NCBI GenBank assembly: GCA_033763455.1
Contig: JANRKO010000006.1
Span: forward strand, 160,001-224,000
Length of the DNA: 64,000 nt
Source: Polyangiaceae bacterium
GTDB lineage: Bacteria > Myxococcota_A > Polyangia > Polyangiales > Polyangiaceae
Direction of reading: 5' to 3'
Shown: positions 20,199 through 29,892 of the stretch, in pieces
Numbering within the stretch: position 1 is the first letter of the stretch
Layout: the number at the start of each line of letters is the position of its first letter
Made by a program: the position numbers and the translations under genes
Notes under the pieces: model-generated
Databases searched by the model: none
The model's input: only the letters and a program-made list of their open reading frames with translations
What the model was told of the DNA's origin: nothing

Positions 20199-20962
20199 GC
20201 GTGCTTGTGCTCGACCGCGTGGGGAAGGTGTTTGGGGGGTTGCGAGCTGTGACTGGTGTTTCTTTTGAAGTGGAAGAAGGTGAAATTTTCGGTCTCATCG
20301 GACCCAATGGCGCTGGCAAAACCACCGTCTTCAACATCATCACGGGTGTGTACCGGCCTGAAGAGGGAAGGGTGCGGCTGGCGGAGCACGATATAACCGG
20401 CGAGAAACCTGCGCAGATCGCCGCCCGAGGCATCGCCCGGACCTTTCAGAATATTCGCATCTTTGGGGCCATGACGGTGCTTGAAAATGTGATGGTTGCG
20501 GGCAAAAAGCCGGGAACCTCGGGTTTGCTACGCACCATCTTTCGCGCCCAGGGTTTTGCTTCAGAGGAACGACGCCTCGAACAGCGAGCTCGCGAATTAC
20601 TTCAGTTCTTTGGGCTAGAAGGGAATGCAAAGGAGGCCGCGGGGAGCCTCCCCTATGGATCTCAGCGCCGGCTCGAGATTGCGAGGGCGTTGATGCTCAA
20701 CCCTCGCGTTTTGCTCCTGGATGAACCGGCGGCGGGGCTCAACAGCTCCGAGGCGGATGTGCTCACGGGCCTGCTTCGAACCTTGAGACTGGAGCTGAAG
20801 CTGAGCATGGTGCTGGTGGAGCACAACATGGCGGTGGTGATGCAGGTGTGCGACCGTGTTCACGTTATGGACCACGGAGAAACGATTGCCGAAGGTTCAC
20901 CCAGCGTGGTGCAAAATGATCCGAAAGTACTGGCCGCGTACCTGGGAGCTGACTTGCCATGA
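20195..20962 (+). CDS. livG: branched-chain amino acid ABC transporter ATP-binding protein
   Basis: Motifs GPNGAGKTT, ARTFQN, LPYG, LLLDEPAAG, EHNM; ATG at 20195 overlaps the livM stop. Confidence 0.93.
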   Translation: MSVLVLDRVGKVFGGLRAVTGVSFEVEEGEIFGLIGPNGAGKTTVFNIITGVYRPEEGRVRLAEHDITGEKPAQIAARGIARTFQNIRIFGAMTVLENVMVAGKKPGTSGLLRTIFRAQGFASEERRLEQRARELLQFFGLEGNAKEAAGSLPYGSQRRLEIARALMLNPRVLLLDEPAAGLNSSEADVLTGLLRTLRLELKLSMVLVEHNMAVVMQVCDRVHVMDHGETIAEGSPSVVQNDPKVLAAYLGADLP

Positions 20963-21702
20963 CGGCGAACTTGGCACTCGAGATAGATGAGCTCGCTGTC
21001 GCTTACGGTGGAATCAAGGCCGTGCAGGGTATTTCGCTAGAAGTTGCAACCGGTGAGATTATTGCGCTGATTGGCGCCAACGGGGCGGGGAAATCCACCA
21101 CGCTCAAAGCGATCGTACGTTTAGTGGAGCAAAAGGCAGGCCGCATTCGGGTATTCGGCACCGACATCGCCACTAAGAAAACGCACGAAATTGTGGAGCT
21201 GGGTGTGTCTTTGGTGCCGGAAGGGCGTGCAATTTTTCCGCAGCTTACGGTTCGCGAGAACCTGGAGCTGGGTGCGTATCCACATCGGCGGCAAGCGGCG
21301 CGCTTAGCGCAGAACTTGGAGCGAGTGGTTGAGCTTTTTCCCCGGCTCGGCGAGCGAATGAAACAAGAGGGCGGAACTCTATCCGGCGGGGAACAGCAGA
21401 TGCTGGCAATGGGGCGTGCGCTTATGGCGGAGCCAAAGCTGCTCTTGCTTGACGAACCCAGTCTCGGCTTGGCACCGATCTTGGTAGCTCAGATTTTTGA
21501 AAGTATTGTGCGTATCGCCAAAGCGGGCCTCACGATTCTGCTGGTCGAGCAAAATACTCGCCTGGCGCTCCAAGTTGCCGAACGGGCTTACTGCATGGTG
21601 ACTGGTACGATCTCGCTGCACGGCCAAGCGAGCGACCTCGCAAAAGATCCCCGCATCAAGAACGCCTATCTCGGCGCGGATGTTCAGGCAGAAACGCGCT
21701 AG
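20959..21702 (+). CDS. livF: branched-chain amino acid ABC transporter ATP-binding protein
   Basis: Motifs GANGAGKST, VPEGR, LSGGEQQM, LLLDEPSLGLAP. Confidence 0.93.
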   Translation: MTANLALEIDELAVAYGGIKAVQGISLEVATGEIIALIGANGAGKSTTLKAIVRLVEQKAGRIRVFGTDIATKKTHEIVELGVSLVPEGRAIFPQLTVRENLELGAYPHRRQAARLAQNLERVVELFPRLGERMKQEGGTLSGGEQQMLAMGRALMAEPKLLLLDEPSLGLAPILVAQIFESIVRIAKAGLTILLVEQNTRLALQVAERAYCMVTGTISLHGQASDLAKDPRIKNAYLGADVQAETR

Positions 21703-22502
21703 CTGGCCAGCCAGAATACAACAGCAGCCAGGGCGATGCGGTAGTAGGCAAATGGCGCGAGGCCGTGCTTGCCGAGATAACGCACGAAGGTGGCGATGAC
21801 AGCCCACGCCACCAGAAACGACACGACGAGACCGACCGCGAGGCTCGTGGCGCCGATACCCTGCTCAAGCTCGTGACGAGACTTGAACGCCTCGTACACG
21901 GTCGCCGCGCCCAGGGTGGGTAAGGCCAAAAGGAACGAAAACTCGGCCGCCGTACGGGTCGAAAGACCACACAGCTGTGCCGTTACGATGGTGCACATCG
22001 AGCGTGAAGCTCCAGGCCAGAGCGAAAAGCACTGCCCGAGACCGATAAGAAAAGCTCGCTTGGGAGTTACGGCATCGAGGTCATCGCTCACCTCGTTCTG
22101 GTGTCGTGCCACACGTCGCTCAACAACGAGCATGAGCACTCCGCCAACAGCAAGCGCAAGAGCTACAGGCAGAGGGCCAAACAACAGGCGTTTGATCCAG
22201 CTCGCGAACATGAGCCCTACGATGGCGGCCGGCAAGAAGCCTAGCAACAGCGCCAAAAAGAGCTGCATGGATCCAGGCTCTCGCGCTACCATACTCCGGA
22301 GCCGCGCTGAAAGTAGTGCCCGATAATGCACGACCACGGCTAAAATCGCTCCTAGCTGAATAACGATGTCGAACGCCTTTGCGGCTTCCCCGGTCTGCCC
22401 CAGCCAGCGGCTTACCAGGATGAGATGTCCCGTCGATGAAACGGGCAGGTATTCGGTTAGGCCTTCGACGAGCCCGAGAATGATGGCGGTAAAGAGGTCC
22501 AC
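21699..22502 (-). CDS. uppP: undecaprenyl-diphosphate phosphatase
   Basis: Motifs LGLVEGLTEYLPVSSTGHL, IQLGAILA, PGASRS, AAEFSFLL. Confidence 0.93.
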   Translation of the reverse strand: MDLFTAIILGLVEGLTEYLPVSSTGHLILVSRWLGQTGEAAKAFDIVIQLGAILAVVVHYRALLSARLRSMVAREPGSMQLFLALLLGFLPAAIVGLMFASWIKRLLFGPLPVALALAVGGVLMLVVERRVARHQNEVSDDLDAVTPKRAFLIGLGQCFSLWPGASRSMCTIVTAQLCGLSTRTAAEFSFLLALPTLGAATVYEAFKSRHELEQGIGATSLAVGLVVSFLVAWAVIATFVRYLGKHGLAPFAYYRIALAAVVFWLAS

Positions 22503-22583
22503 GGAGTTGGGCGTTTACTCCGAATCGAGTAGTCTGCACCAGCCGGTTTCAACCGAACCCCTCGGGTGATAGTGTTCGCCGCC

Positions 22584-23385
22584 ATGAAGCTCCCTTCGCG
22601 ATGTTTGCTCCTTTTGGGTATTGCCATAAGTGTTGGTTGTGAGGGAACAGAAAGCTGTACCGAGTGAGGCGCCAGTAGCTTCGGCGAAGCCGGCGGCCGA
22701 GCCCGTTGTACCCGCACCTACGCCCACCCCCACAGCTCCGCCCGCTCAGGAAGCGAAGCCAAAGAAGGTAGCTTCGGATTGCCCTAAAACGGATCCCGTG
22801 AGCTTCCCATCTGCTGATTTTGAGGCGGCTGTTCGTCTGAAGCTGCAAAAACCAACCGGGGATATCTCGCGCGCCGATTTGAAGAGGCTGCACTCGCTCA
22901 ATCTGGTTAACGTCAGTTTGAGTGAGTTAGATGTTTGCCTCTTTCCCCACATGACGGGCCTGAAGGAGCTATTTTTGGGCAAGGGCGATTACTCCGATCT
23001 TTCGCCCATATCCGGCGCCACGGGGCTCGAATCTTTGCGCGCATCACTGAACAAGGTTTCCGATTTGAGACCCCTCTCGAAGCTCACCAAGCTTGACCGC
23101 CTAGATCTGGGACACACCGAGGTGACCGATCTTAGCCCCATCGCAAGCCTCACCAATCTCACCGAGCTCATGCTGGATGACACCCAAGTCGCGGACCTTG
23201 CGCCCCTTTCTGGTATGAAACTGCTGGAGCGGCTCAGCATTCAGCGCACGAAGGTGGCTAAGGTGCCGGACCTAAAAGACCTCAAGAAGCTTAAGTTCGT
23301 GTACGTCACGGGAACTCCTGCTGACGAAGATCCCACCTCCTGGGCACCGTTTCGCCGAGTAGGTGCGAAAATAGTTAACCAGTAA
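22584..23385 (+). pseudogene. internalin-like leucine-rich-repeat lipoprotein, +1 frameshift just after the lipobox
   Basis: ATG 22584 gives MKLPSRCLLLLGIAISVGC and then stops early. The LRR body (SDLSPI, SDLRPL, TDLSPI, ADLAPL repeats) is in the +1 frame. Removing one G at 22643-22645 fuses the two parts. Confidence 0.72.
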
Positions 23386-23477
23386 ACTAAAAAAAGAGCG
23401 CGCGCTCAGGCGTCGCGGACAGCCCCGAGCAATCGCTAGCGCTGTGACCTTCGGCTCAAACGGGACCTCGGGATGCG

Positions 23478-24188
23478 TTAGTCGGAGAGATCAAACGGAA
23501 CTTTTGCTTTTGTTTGGCCTAGGCTGAGCTGGGTCTCAAACCCCAATGAGCACTCTACTGCTAGAGGGGACGCCTCTTTACCGATGCTCTCGACGCGTGC
23601 TGGCTGCGCTTCGGCTAAAGCGGGGCCCTCCTGCGCAGGGGGAAGGGCAGGCAACGAGCCTGGAACCCCCGGCGTGGCTTCCTCCGGAACTGGTGCTTCC
23701 TGGGCGTTTCTATCGACGAACGAAACCGCTACCTTATCGCCGATCAACAATTCCCACCATTGAAACGTGACGGCCAAGATGTGATCGAGCTGCCAGGTTC
23801 CGCTGTTGATCTGGCCCTTTTGTCGCGCCAATTTCCCTAACTCAGAAGTGGGCTGGCAGTAGGCAGCATATTCGGAGCTCTGCAACATGTGCAGCACACC
23901 CTCCGAAAAGCCTGTGCCCGCATACACAACAGCGGCTGGCATGCGTAGGGTTGCTAAATCTTGCAAGGTATACGGGATCTTCTCGTCTGCCGTGCCGCTC
24001 GAATCTTGATATTTGCACTCAAGAGCCAGCGCTTTGTTCGTACTCGGTTCGACCAAGAGCAGATCCACTCGCCGTTGCTTGCCAATAATGGAGGTTCCGA
24101 TGTTCACTTCGTCGTACACGCGCAACCTGTGGCCGTACTCTTTTACGACATATTGAGCGATCAGCCTCTTGTATTCGTGGCCATTCAT
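23478..24188 (-). CDS. PD-(D/E)XK nuclease-superfamily protein (putative restriction-type endonuclease)
   Basis: Motif RRVDLLL...LALECKYQ..GTADEK; overlaps the MTase stop (ATGA); Pro/Ala-rich tail. Confidence 0.75.
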   Translation of the reverse strand: MNGHEYKRLIAQYVVKEYGHRLRVYDEVNIGTSIIGKQRRVDLLLVEPSTNKALALECKYQDSSGTADEKIPYTLQDLATLRMPAAVVYAGTGFSEGVLHMLQSSEYAAYCQPTSELGKLARQKGQINSGTWQLDHILAVTFQWWELLIGDKVAVSFVDRNAQEAPVPEEATPGVPGSLPALPPAQEGPALAEAQPARVESIGKEASPLAVECSLGFETQLSLGQTKAKVPFDLSD

Positions 24189-25006
24189 GGAAATTCGTTC
24201 GAAAGACGCTCGGTGGTTATTTTTAGGGCTTCCTCACACAGATCATTGCCCAAAAACCTACGGCCTTCACGCAATGCTGCCACGCCAACAGAGCCGGAAC
24301 CCATGAACGGATCTAACACGAGATCTCCCGGTTGGCTGCTCTGGTTCACGAACACCTGCGAAACTTGCCAAGGCTTTTCGGTGGGGTAGCCGCGGTGGAT
24401 GCGGGGATGGCTCAATACATCCGGCACCGAAAGATCTAAGAGCTTCCGTTTGCCCTTCTCAAAGAACAGAATGAATTCGTAACGAGACCGGTAGTGGTAG
24501 CCCATGCCGATTTTCTGTTTATCCCAGACAAGAGGCTTCCAGAAGCGAAACCCGGCCCGTTCGGCGATGGGCTTTACGACAAACATCGTTTCCTGATCGC
24601 TGAACAAGTAGAGATGTGAATTGGCCTTGAGCACTCGATAGAGTTCAGAGAAAAGCTCCGGGAAACGCTCGTTTGGAAAAATCTGAAACCAATCATTGCT
24701 CGAAGATTTGCTGTGGCTCAGGCGCGTGGTGGTCCCAATCGCTCGGTGCTTTTCGAGTGACTCATACGGCGGATCAGTGATCGCCAGATCGATGGAGCCA
24801 TTCGGCAGCCCACTCAGAAACTGAACGGCATCACCCAGCGCCAAGGCAGAACGACGCGTACCAGCGAGCGCCTCCCGCACCTCGGCGGGAGGGAAGGCGA
24901 GCGAAGGACCTTGTTGGAGCGCACGTCGGGGCACGGGGGGTGGGAGGGTAAACCCAGGTAGGCTCAGCGTCGCCGTGGGGTGCCCAGGATCGTCAAAACA
25001 CTGCAT
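24185..25006 (-). CDS. beta-class N6A/N4C DNA methyltransferase
   Basis: Motif IV DPPY precedes motif I DPFMGSGS; YPTEKP and WDK also present. Confidence 0.9.
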   Translation of the reverse strand: MQCFDDPGHPTATLSLPGFTLPPPVPRRALQQGPSLAFPPAEVREALAGTRRSALALGDAVQFLSGLPNGSIDLAITDPPYESLEKHRAIGTTTRLSHSKSSSNDWFQIFPNERFPELFSELYRVLKANSHLYLFSDQETMFVVKPIAERAGFRFWKPLVWDKQKIGMGYHYRSRYEFILFFEKGKRKLLDLSVPDVLSHPRIHRGYPTEKPWQVSQVFVNQSSQPGDLVLDPFMGSGSVGVAALREGRRFLGNDLCEEALKITTERLSNEFP

Positions 25007-25050
25007 AACGAAGCTCCTTCAAGCTTTACGTTTAGCACTGAGCACCCGTG

Positions 25051-25077
25051 CAGCCTAGCGCCATCTGCCCTAGGCTG
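25051..25077. repeat. 8-bp inverted repeat between the fibro-slime gene end and the MTase start
   Basis: CAGCCTAG-N11-CTAGGCTG; terminator or operator, function unknown. Confidence 0.4.
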
Positions 25078-25111
25078 GGTCGTAAAATGTCCTAGCAGGC
25101 GCGCGTTCAAT

Positions 25112-27235
25112 CTAGCGGAGATCTGTCACGCAACCGGGGGTGCACCCGTCGCCGGTGGTCTTGTTGCCGTCGTCGCACTGCTCGGGACCGTTCACTTTTC
25201 CATCACCGCACCATTCGCCGAGGCGACAACCTGCCGCGCACTTGCCGTAGCTACCCGCGTTGACTCCGTCGTCACAGGCTTCACCGAAGAGGCTGTCCAC
25301 CACGCCATCGCCGCAGAAGTTGGGCTTCTTGCACTCTGGTGCACAAGCCGCTGTGTCCGTGAGGGGCGCATAGCTAGAAAGATTGACGCCATTGTCGCAA
25401 ACCTCGCCGGAAGCTGCCTGCAAGGTGCCGTCGCCGCAACGCGGCCCCAAGGTGCAATCTGCGTTACAGCCGTTGTAGGAGCCGTCGTTCGTGCCTTTAT
25501 CGCAAGCCTCACTGGAGGCGACGATTCCGTCTCCACAGGTAGCGTGGCAAACGGAGCGACCATTCAGGAAATTCTGAAGCGTGAGCTTGAACGTGGAAGT
25601 GCCTGTTTGGCGCTCCGCATTGAATATGGCCACTTCGTAGACCCCACCGACGGTCAAACCGAGGACTGCCGGGTCGAACACGCCGGTTGTGGGGGGATCG
25701 TTGGCGATGACCCAATCGGTTCCACCTACCCCGGGTGGGCCGAGCTGGATCCAGCGACCTTCACTGTAGTGAAGACCGGGAATCGAGACCGCCAAGCGCC
25801 CATTGATGAACACCCAGAGGTCATCATCTCCGTAGAAAGTGAGCTTCTCACCGCCGCGATAGGTGAACCAGTAGCGCAGCTCGGTGGTGAAAGAGAAATT
25901 CCGCTTCCCTACTTGGAAGGCGTCACGAGGGTGCTCGAGGAGCGCGTTTGGATCGTTGAAGCCGCGGCCCTCCAGGGGAAAGAAGAAATCGTTGACGTAT
26001 TCGAACGCGCCAGGCGTGTTGGTTACCGGCGTGAGCGCCATGGTGTCCACAACGGTGCGATTGATATTGTTATCGCTGCGGTACCACTGAGCGAACGAGG
26101 CTGCACTCTGGACGCAATTGTTGGTCTTGTTGCCGTCCAAGGCAGGCTTCTTCATCGCGTCGAGCGTCAGCTGAACCTCATGCTGGCAATTGTGATTGGT
26201 GACCACGCCAAAGTTCTGAAAATCCGGATGCTTCGGTCCCGTATCTACGGGGGTGTTCTTCTGGGTTCCGACGAAATCGCGATACACTACTGGCAGCACT
26301 GGAGATTCAACAGCGACCTCACAGGTGAAGCCTTGTTCGATCGTGCAGGTGGAAGAGCAGCCGTCGAAATCGCGAGTATTCCCATCGTCGCAGGCTTCGC
26401 TATCCAACTTTAAGCCATCGCCGCATTTCGCTTGGCAGACGCCGTTGGTGCAAACGGGCTCACTCCGGCAGAACGGAGAACAGCCGTCCCCGGTGTCGAA
26501 GTTCATGTCGTCACATTGCTCGGTGCCTTCAACGATGCCATCGCCACAGGTGGTGGCGCTACAGGCCTGGCCCGGTGTTGGACACTTAAACTTGGGTTCC
26601 AGCGTGCAGGTTGCAGAGCAGCCATCACCTGGATTGGCATTCCCATCGTCGCATTCTTCGAGGCCAGCGACCATGCTGTCTCCGCACAGAGCGGCGCCGC
26701 AACGAGCCCCAACTACAGGGCATGCCCAAGCGACTTCCAACTGGCACTGCGCGCTACATCCGTCTCCTGCGGTAGCATTTCCATCGTCACAGGTTTCGCT
26801 CCCGGTGATTTTGGCATCGCCACAGGCAACAGTAGAGACACACGGCATGCCCGGGGTGGGACAAGCAAAATCTTTCTCAACGGCGTCGCAGTTTGCTCCG
26901 CAACCGTCGCCAGATGCGCCGTTTCCATCGTCACACTTTTCATTGGGATCGAGATATCCATCGCCGCACGCAGGAACCCGCTCCATGCACATCGAGGCCC
27001 CACACATACTGCTCCCCGCTTTTGCCATGCCCGCGCCCATGTCGAGATCAATCACCATGGAGCCGATTTGGCCTGTATTCCCGCCTGTACTTGTGTTGGG
27101 ACCCTGATCGGGTCCCGCACCGGACGCACCGACCACGGTGCCCTCGTTGCGAACGCTGTCGCCCGAGGTGCAAGCCTGTTCAAGCGCTACACTGGCAAGT
27201 GCCGCGCACATTAGAAGAAGAGAAGCTTTTTTCAT
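25112..27235 (-). CDS. secreted/lipoprotein with Myxococcus cysteine-rich repeats (DUF4215-like) and a fibro-slime (PA14-like) domain
   Basis: Nine CGD-x-E-x-CD-x-C repeats (5 before and 4 after the domain) around NFSFTTELRYWF...FYGDDDLWVFING. Confidence 0.9.
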   Translation of the reverse strand: MKKASLLLMCAALASVALEQACTSGDSVRNEGTVVGASGAGPDQGPNTSTGGNTGQIGSMVIDLDMGAGMAKAGSSMCGASMCMERVPACGDGYLDPNEKCDDGNGASGDGCGANCDAVEKDFACPTPGMPCVSTVACGDAKITGSETCDDGNATAGDGCSAQCQLEVAWACPVVGARCGAALCGDSMVAGLEECDDGNANPGDGCSATCTLEPKFKCPTPGQACSATTCGDGIVEGTEQCDDMNFDTGDGCSPFCRSEPVCTNGVCQAKCGDGLKLDSEACDDGNTRDFDGCSSTCTIEQGFTCEVAVESPVLPVVYRDFVGTQKNTPVDTGPKHPDFQNFGVVTNHNCQHEVQLTLDAMKKPALDGNKTNNCVQSAASFAQWYRSDNNINRTVVDTMALTPVTNTPGAFEYVNDFFFPLEGRGFNDPNALLEHPRDAFQVGKRNFSFTTELRYWFTYRGGEKLTFYGDDDLWVFINGRLAVSIPGLHYSEGRWIQLGPPGVGGTDWVIANDPPTTGVFDPAVLGLTVGGVYEVAIFNAERQTGTSTFKLTLQNFLNGRSVCHATCGDGIVASSEACDKGTNDGSYNGCNADCTLGPRCGDGTLQAASGEVCDNGVNLSSYAPLTDTAACAPECKKPNFCGDGVVDSLFGEACDDGVNAGSYGKCAAGCRLGEWCGDGKVNGPEQCDDGNKTTGDGCTPGCVTDLR

Positions 27236-27567
27236 CGCCACGTTTCCGAGGTAAGCCGAAGAATGTTGGCGCAGCGTATCGCGACTGACAGAAAAGTTCT
27301 AGCAAGTTGAGAACAATCAATCTGCGGTGTCGTGAGCAATGCGCTGCGACTCAGCTGTGATGGGAATCAAGTCAGAGAAGAACGAGTTGCTGAGCCCTCT
27401 GCACGTGTTGATGAGCGTGTCGCCAAGGGGCAGCGTTTAATTTCCGTTCATGCCGTACGGCACTACAAGGTCACCGCTTGTGGGATGATGTGTTCGGGGC
27501 TCAGGGTTTCCTGTGGGCTTGCGGGTTCTTGGTTTCGCGGGTGATGCCAAACCCCCTTAAAAATGCG

Positions 27568-28755
27568 TTACTCATAGGCTTGCCGGGCTAAGCTAACGAG
27601 CGCCTCGGTCACGGCGACCAAAGCTGCAAGTCGCTCTCCGGCGCGCCCCGCGGTACGCGGAGGTTCCAGGGGGGCGGCGAGCTTGCGCGCACACTCGTGC
27701 ATATCGCCGAGCTTCTGCTTTAAGTGATCGCGAGCAATCTGACGAATGTCCAGGTGTGGCATCGCGCAAGCTCCGTTCGCTTCGAGCACGGAGGAAGCGT
27801 AGTAACCCCACCCTACAAGCTCATCTTCCGATCTGAAGAACGCTTCCCAACGGCTCTTGAACGACTCGAACGATTCAGCCCGTTCGAGGTGCGCCGGGGA
27901 AAGCCCGGTGTGCTGAAAGAAGGAACCCGATAGGGGGAAGCGTGGTCGAATGTAGGCTTCGAAGAACTCCCCGGTTGCCGGCCTTTGCGCCACCCAGTGG
28001 ATGATTTCGGGAGGATTAGCATTGGCGGTGCCATAGGGCCACGCGTTGGCCTCCCCATAGCCGACGACGAGGTGAGTGTGTCGCTCAATAAGCACTTTGG
28101 GGACCCGCGGCTTCTTTATGCGAATCGATTTTCTTAGGTGCCGGCGGGCACGCTGTTCGCTCGCGAATCGCAATTGTTGTTCAACGAACGCATCGAACGG
28201 GTCGAGCAGGGGTAGCAAGTTACATGTGGGCGGCTCCAATATCGAAAGCGCGTTCACAACTGCCTCAATTGTTGAGACGTGAAGTGGTGAGGGCTCGCGG
28301 CGGATTCGATAACGGCTCGGCGAGCTGGGTGACAAAAAGTAGCGCGGGATTTTGGCGATTTCAGGATTCAATTTGAGGAGCTTGCTCGCCTGCCACCAGG
28401 TGCCATCGATCACCAGTAGCGTTACCTTACCAGCGGGAGGGCACTCTTCGAGGCTCACCGCGTCTTCCCCTGGATAAAGTAGGATCGGGGGGGCTGTGCT
28501 GTTCTCAAGCTCTCGTTTGAGTGCTTCATCGTTCGAAAAATCTAGACCCACATGCACCCTGGCATTGGGGAGGCCAAGCAACAGCAATCGAACCGTTCCA
28601 ATTCTTACGGTGCTTTCCTTCGGGTGCTGCAGGAGCACAACTCGTGTGTCGGTGGGCACTGGGGTGACCGTTCCGCATAAGCACAGCGCCTCGGGCCTCT
28701 GGCAGCCGCCACAGATCGCGCGGGGTGTCGGGTCCGGAGCGGATTTCGTACTCAT
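27568..28755 (-). CDS. tRNA-uridine aminocarboxypropyltransferase (DTW/TapT) fused to a degenerate DnaQ-like domain
   Basis: Motifs CxxC..CLC, LLQHPKE, LLYPG, IDGTW, YRIRREP, STIEA; about 175 extra C-terminal residues with a DEDDh-like layout. Confidence 0.82.
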   Translation of the reverse strand: MSTKSAPDPTPRAICGGCQRPEALCLCGTVTPVPTDTRVVLLQHPKESTVRIGTVRLLLLGLPNARVHVGLDFSNDEALKRELENSTAPPILLYPGEDAVSLEECPPAGKVTLLVIDGTWWQASKLLKLNPEIAKIPRYFLSPSSPSRYRIRREPSPLHVSTIEAVVNALSILEPPTCNLLPLLDPFDAFVEQQLRFASEQRARRHLRKSIRIKKPRVPKVLIERHTHLVVGYGEANAWPYGTANANPPEIIHWVAQRPATGEFFEAYIRPRFPLSGSFFQHTGLSPAHLERAESFESFKSRWEAFFRSEDELVGWGYYASSVLEANGACAMPHLDIRQIARDHLKQKLGDMHECARKLAAPLEPPRTAGRAGERLAALVAVTEALVSLARQAYE

Positions 28756-28811
28756 GTGGACGTTTTAGCTGGAAAGGTCGCGGTATCACACGCCATCATC
28801 CAACTTGACAC

Positions 28812-29876
28812 ATGTTAGCTAGGTCGCGTGTTTTTGGCCTCTTCGGCGCTTGTGCGCTCATCTTTTGTGGCCAGAGGGCGCACGCACTGCCAAACGGGGA
28901 TCCGGCGGATACGTGCACGCGAGAAGACGTGCCTTGGGTCCAGGTGGATTTTGAGGGCTGGACAGTCTCTGCGAAGGTGCGCAGCCGAACGCTCAGCGAT
29001 CTGAAAGTCAGCCTGAAAGACGTGGGGATTAGCGCGTGTTTCGCGAACGCGAGCCCACGGGGAGCCCCCCTTGCCGTAGTGCGAGTAGCCGAAGCGGTCG
29101 AGGGGCGCACGGGCAGCGCGGAAGAACACGTTGTCGTTACGGTGAGTGTTCGTGACGCGGTGACCGCGAAGAATGTCAGCCGAGAAATCGATCTTCGACG
29201 CTTTCCAAAAGGTGCACGGGAGCTCGCGCTTGCCATTGCCGCTGATGAATTGTTGCGCGCTAGCTGGGCTGAGGTCTCGCTTACGACGCAAGCCTCAGAG
29301 GCAATCCAGAAGACCGCGCCGGCACAGGCTAGGCTTGCGGTGCGTCGAGTGCAACGGGTCGAGCCCCCGCGCCGATTTGAGCTGGGCGCCCGAGCGGCGG
29401 CCGCGGCGTATCAGGGAGGGCAACAACAGCTTGGCGGAGATCTATTGTTGGATTGGGAGCTGTCACGCCACTTCAGCTTTCGCTGGGCGTTTGGTTATCG
29501 AGGGAGCGCTGCCGAGCGGTCCGCACTTGGTACGGTGAGCGGCAGTGCGCTTGGCGTGGAAGGCTCGCTCGCCTGGTGGTTTTGGCGAAGGCCATTCATA
29601 GATTTAGGCGTCGCGCTTGGTGCTTTTGGGGGCAGGCTTACGTTCTCGGGGCGAGGCAATAGTGCCACCACAGGGCGAGAGTATGGGGCCATGTTTGTCT
29701 TCTCGCGCGCGGAGCTCGGGTCCGATTTTCACGTCAGTTCCGTAGTGACCGTACCACTCGCTCTCTCGCTGGGAGTCCCGCTTCAAAGTGCCACGGCACT
29801 CGGTGAAGGACAGCCACTGACGGCTATGTCAGGTCTTGAGACAGCCGCGACCCTGGGGCTCAAATTCAGCCTTTGA
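28812..29876 (+). CDS. hypothetical secreted protein with probable C-terminal outer-membrane beta-barrel
   Basis: AHA signal peptide, ELALAIAADELLRASW helix, alternating beta strands, aromatic residue near the C-terminus (LGLKFSL). Confidence 0.6.
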   Translation: MLARSRVFGLFGACALIFCGQRAHALPNGDPADTCTREDVPWVQVDFEGWTVSAKVRSRTLSDLKVSLKDVGISACFANASPRGAPLAVVRVAEAVEGRTGSAEEHVVVTVSVRDAVTAKNVSREIDLRRFPKGARELALAIAADELLRASWAEVSLTTQASEAIQKTAPAQARLAVRRVQRVEPPRRFELGARAAAAAYQGGQQQLGGDLLLDWELSRHFSFRWAFGYRGSAAERSALGTVSGSALGVEGSLAWWFWRRPFIDLGVALGAFGGRLTFSGRGNSATTGREYGAMFVFSRAELGSDFHVSSVVTVPLALSLGVPLQSATALGEGQPLTAMSGLETAATLGLKFSL

Positions 29877-29892
29877 CCCCTCGGGATTCATT

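Noticed and set aside
23389..23408. A7 plus GAGCGCGCGCTC as terminator of the MTase-nuclease operon
   Set aside because: With a viable loop the stem is only 4 bp, too weak to call.
24980..27214. Long + strand ORFs (477, 284 and 260 aa) opposite the fibro-slime gene
   Set aside because: Antisense shadows typical of GC-rich repetitive coding DNA; no motifs, and the minus-strand gene is unambiguous.
27242..27567. 326-nt intergenic region as a riboswitch or sRNA (contains palindrome TGCCGTACGGCA at 27451-27462)
   Set aside because: No riboswitch consensus or sigma54 motif recognised by eye; an Rfam/Infernal scan would be needed.
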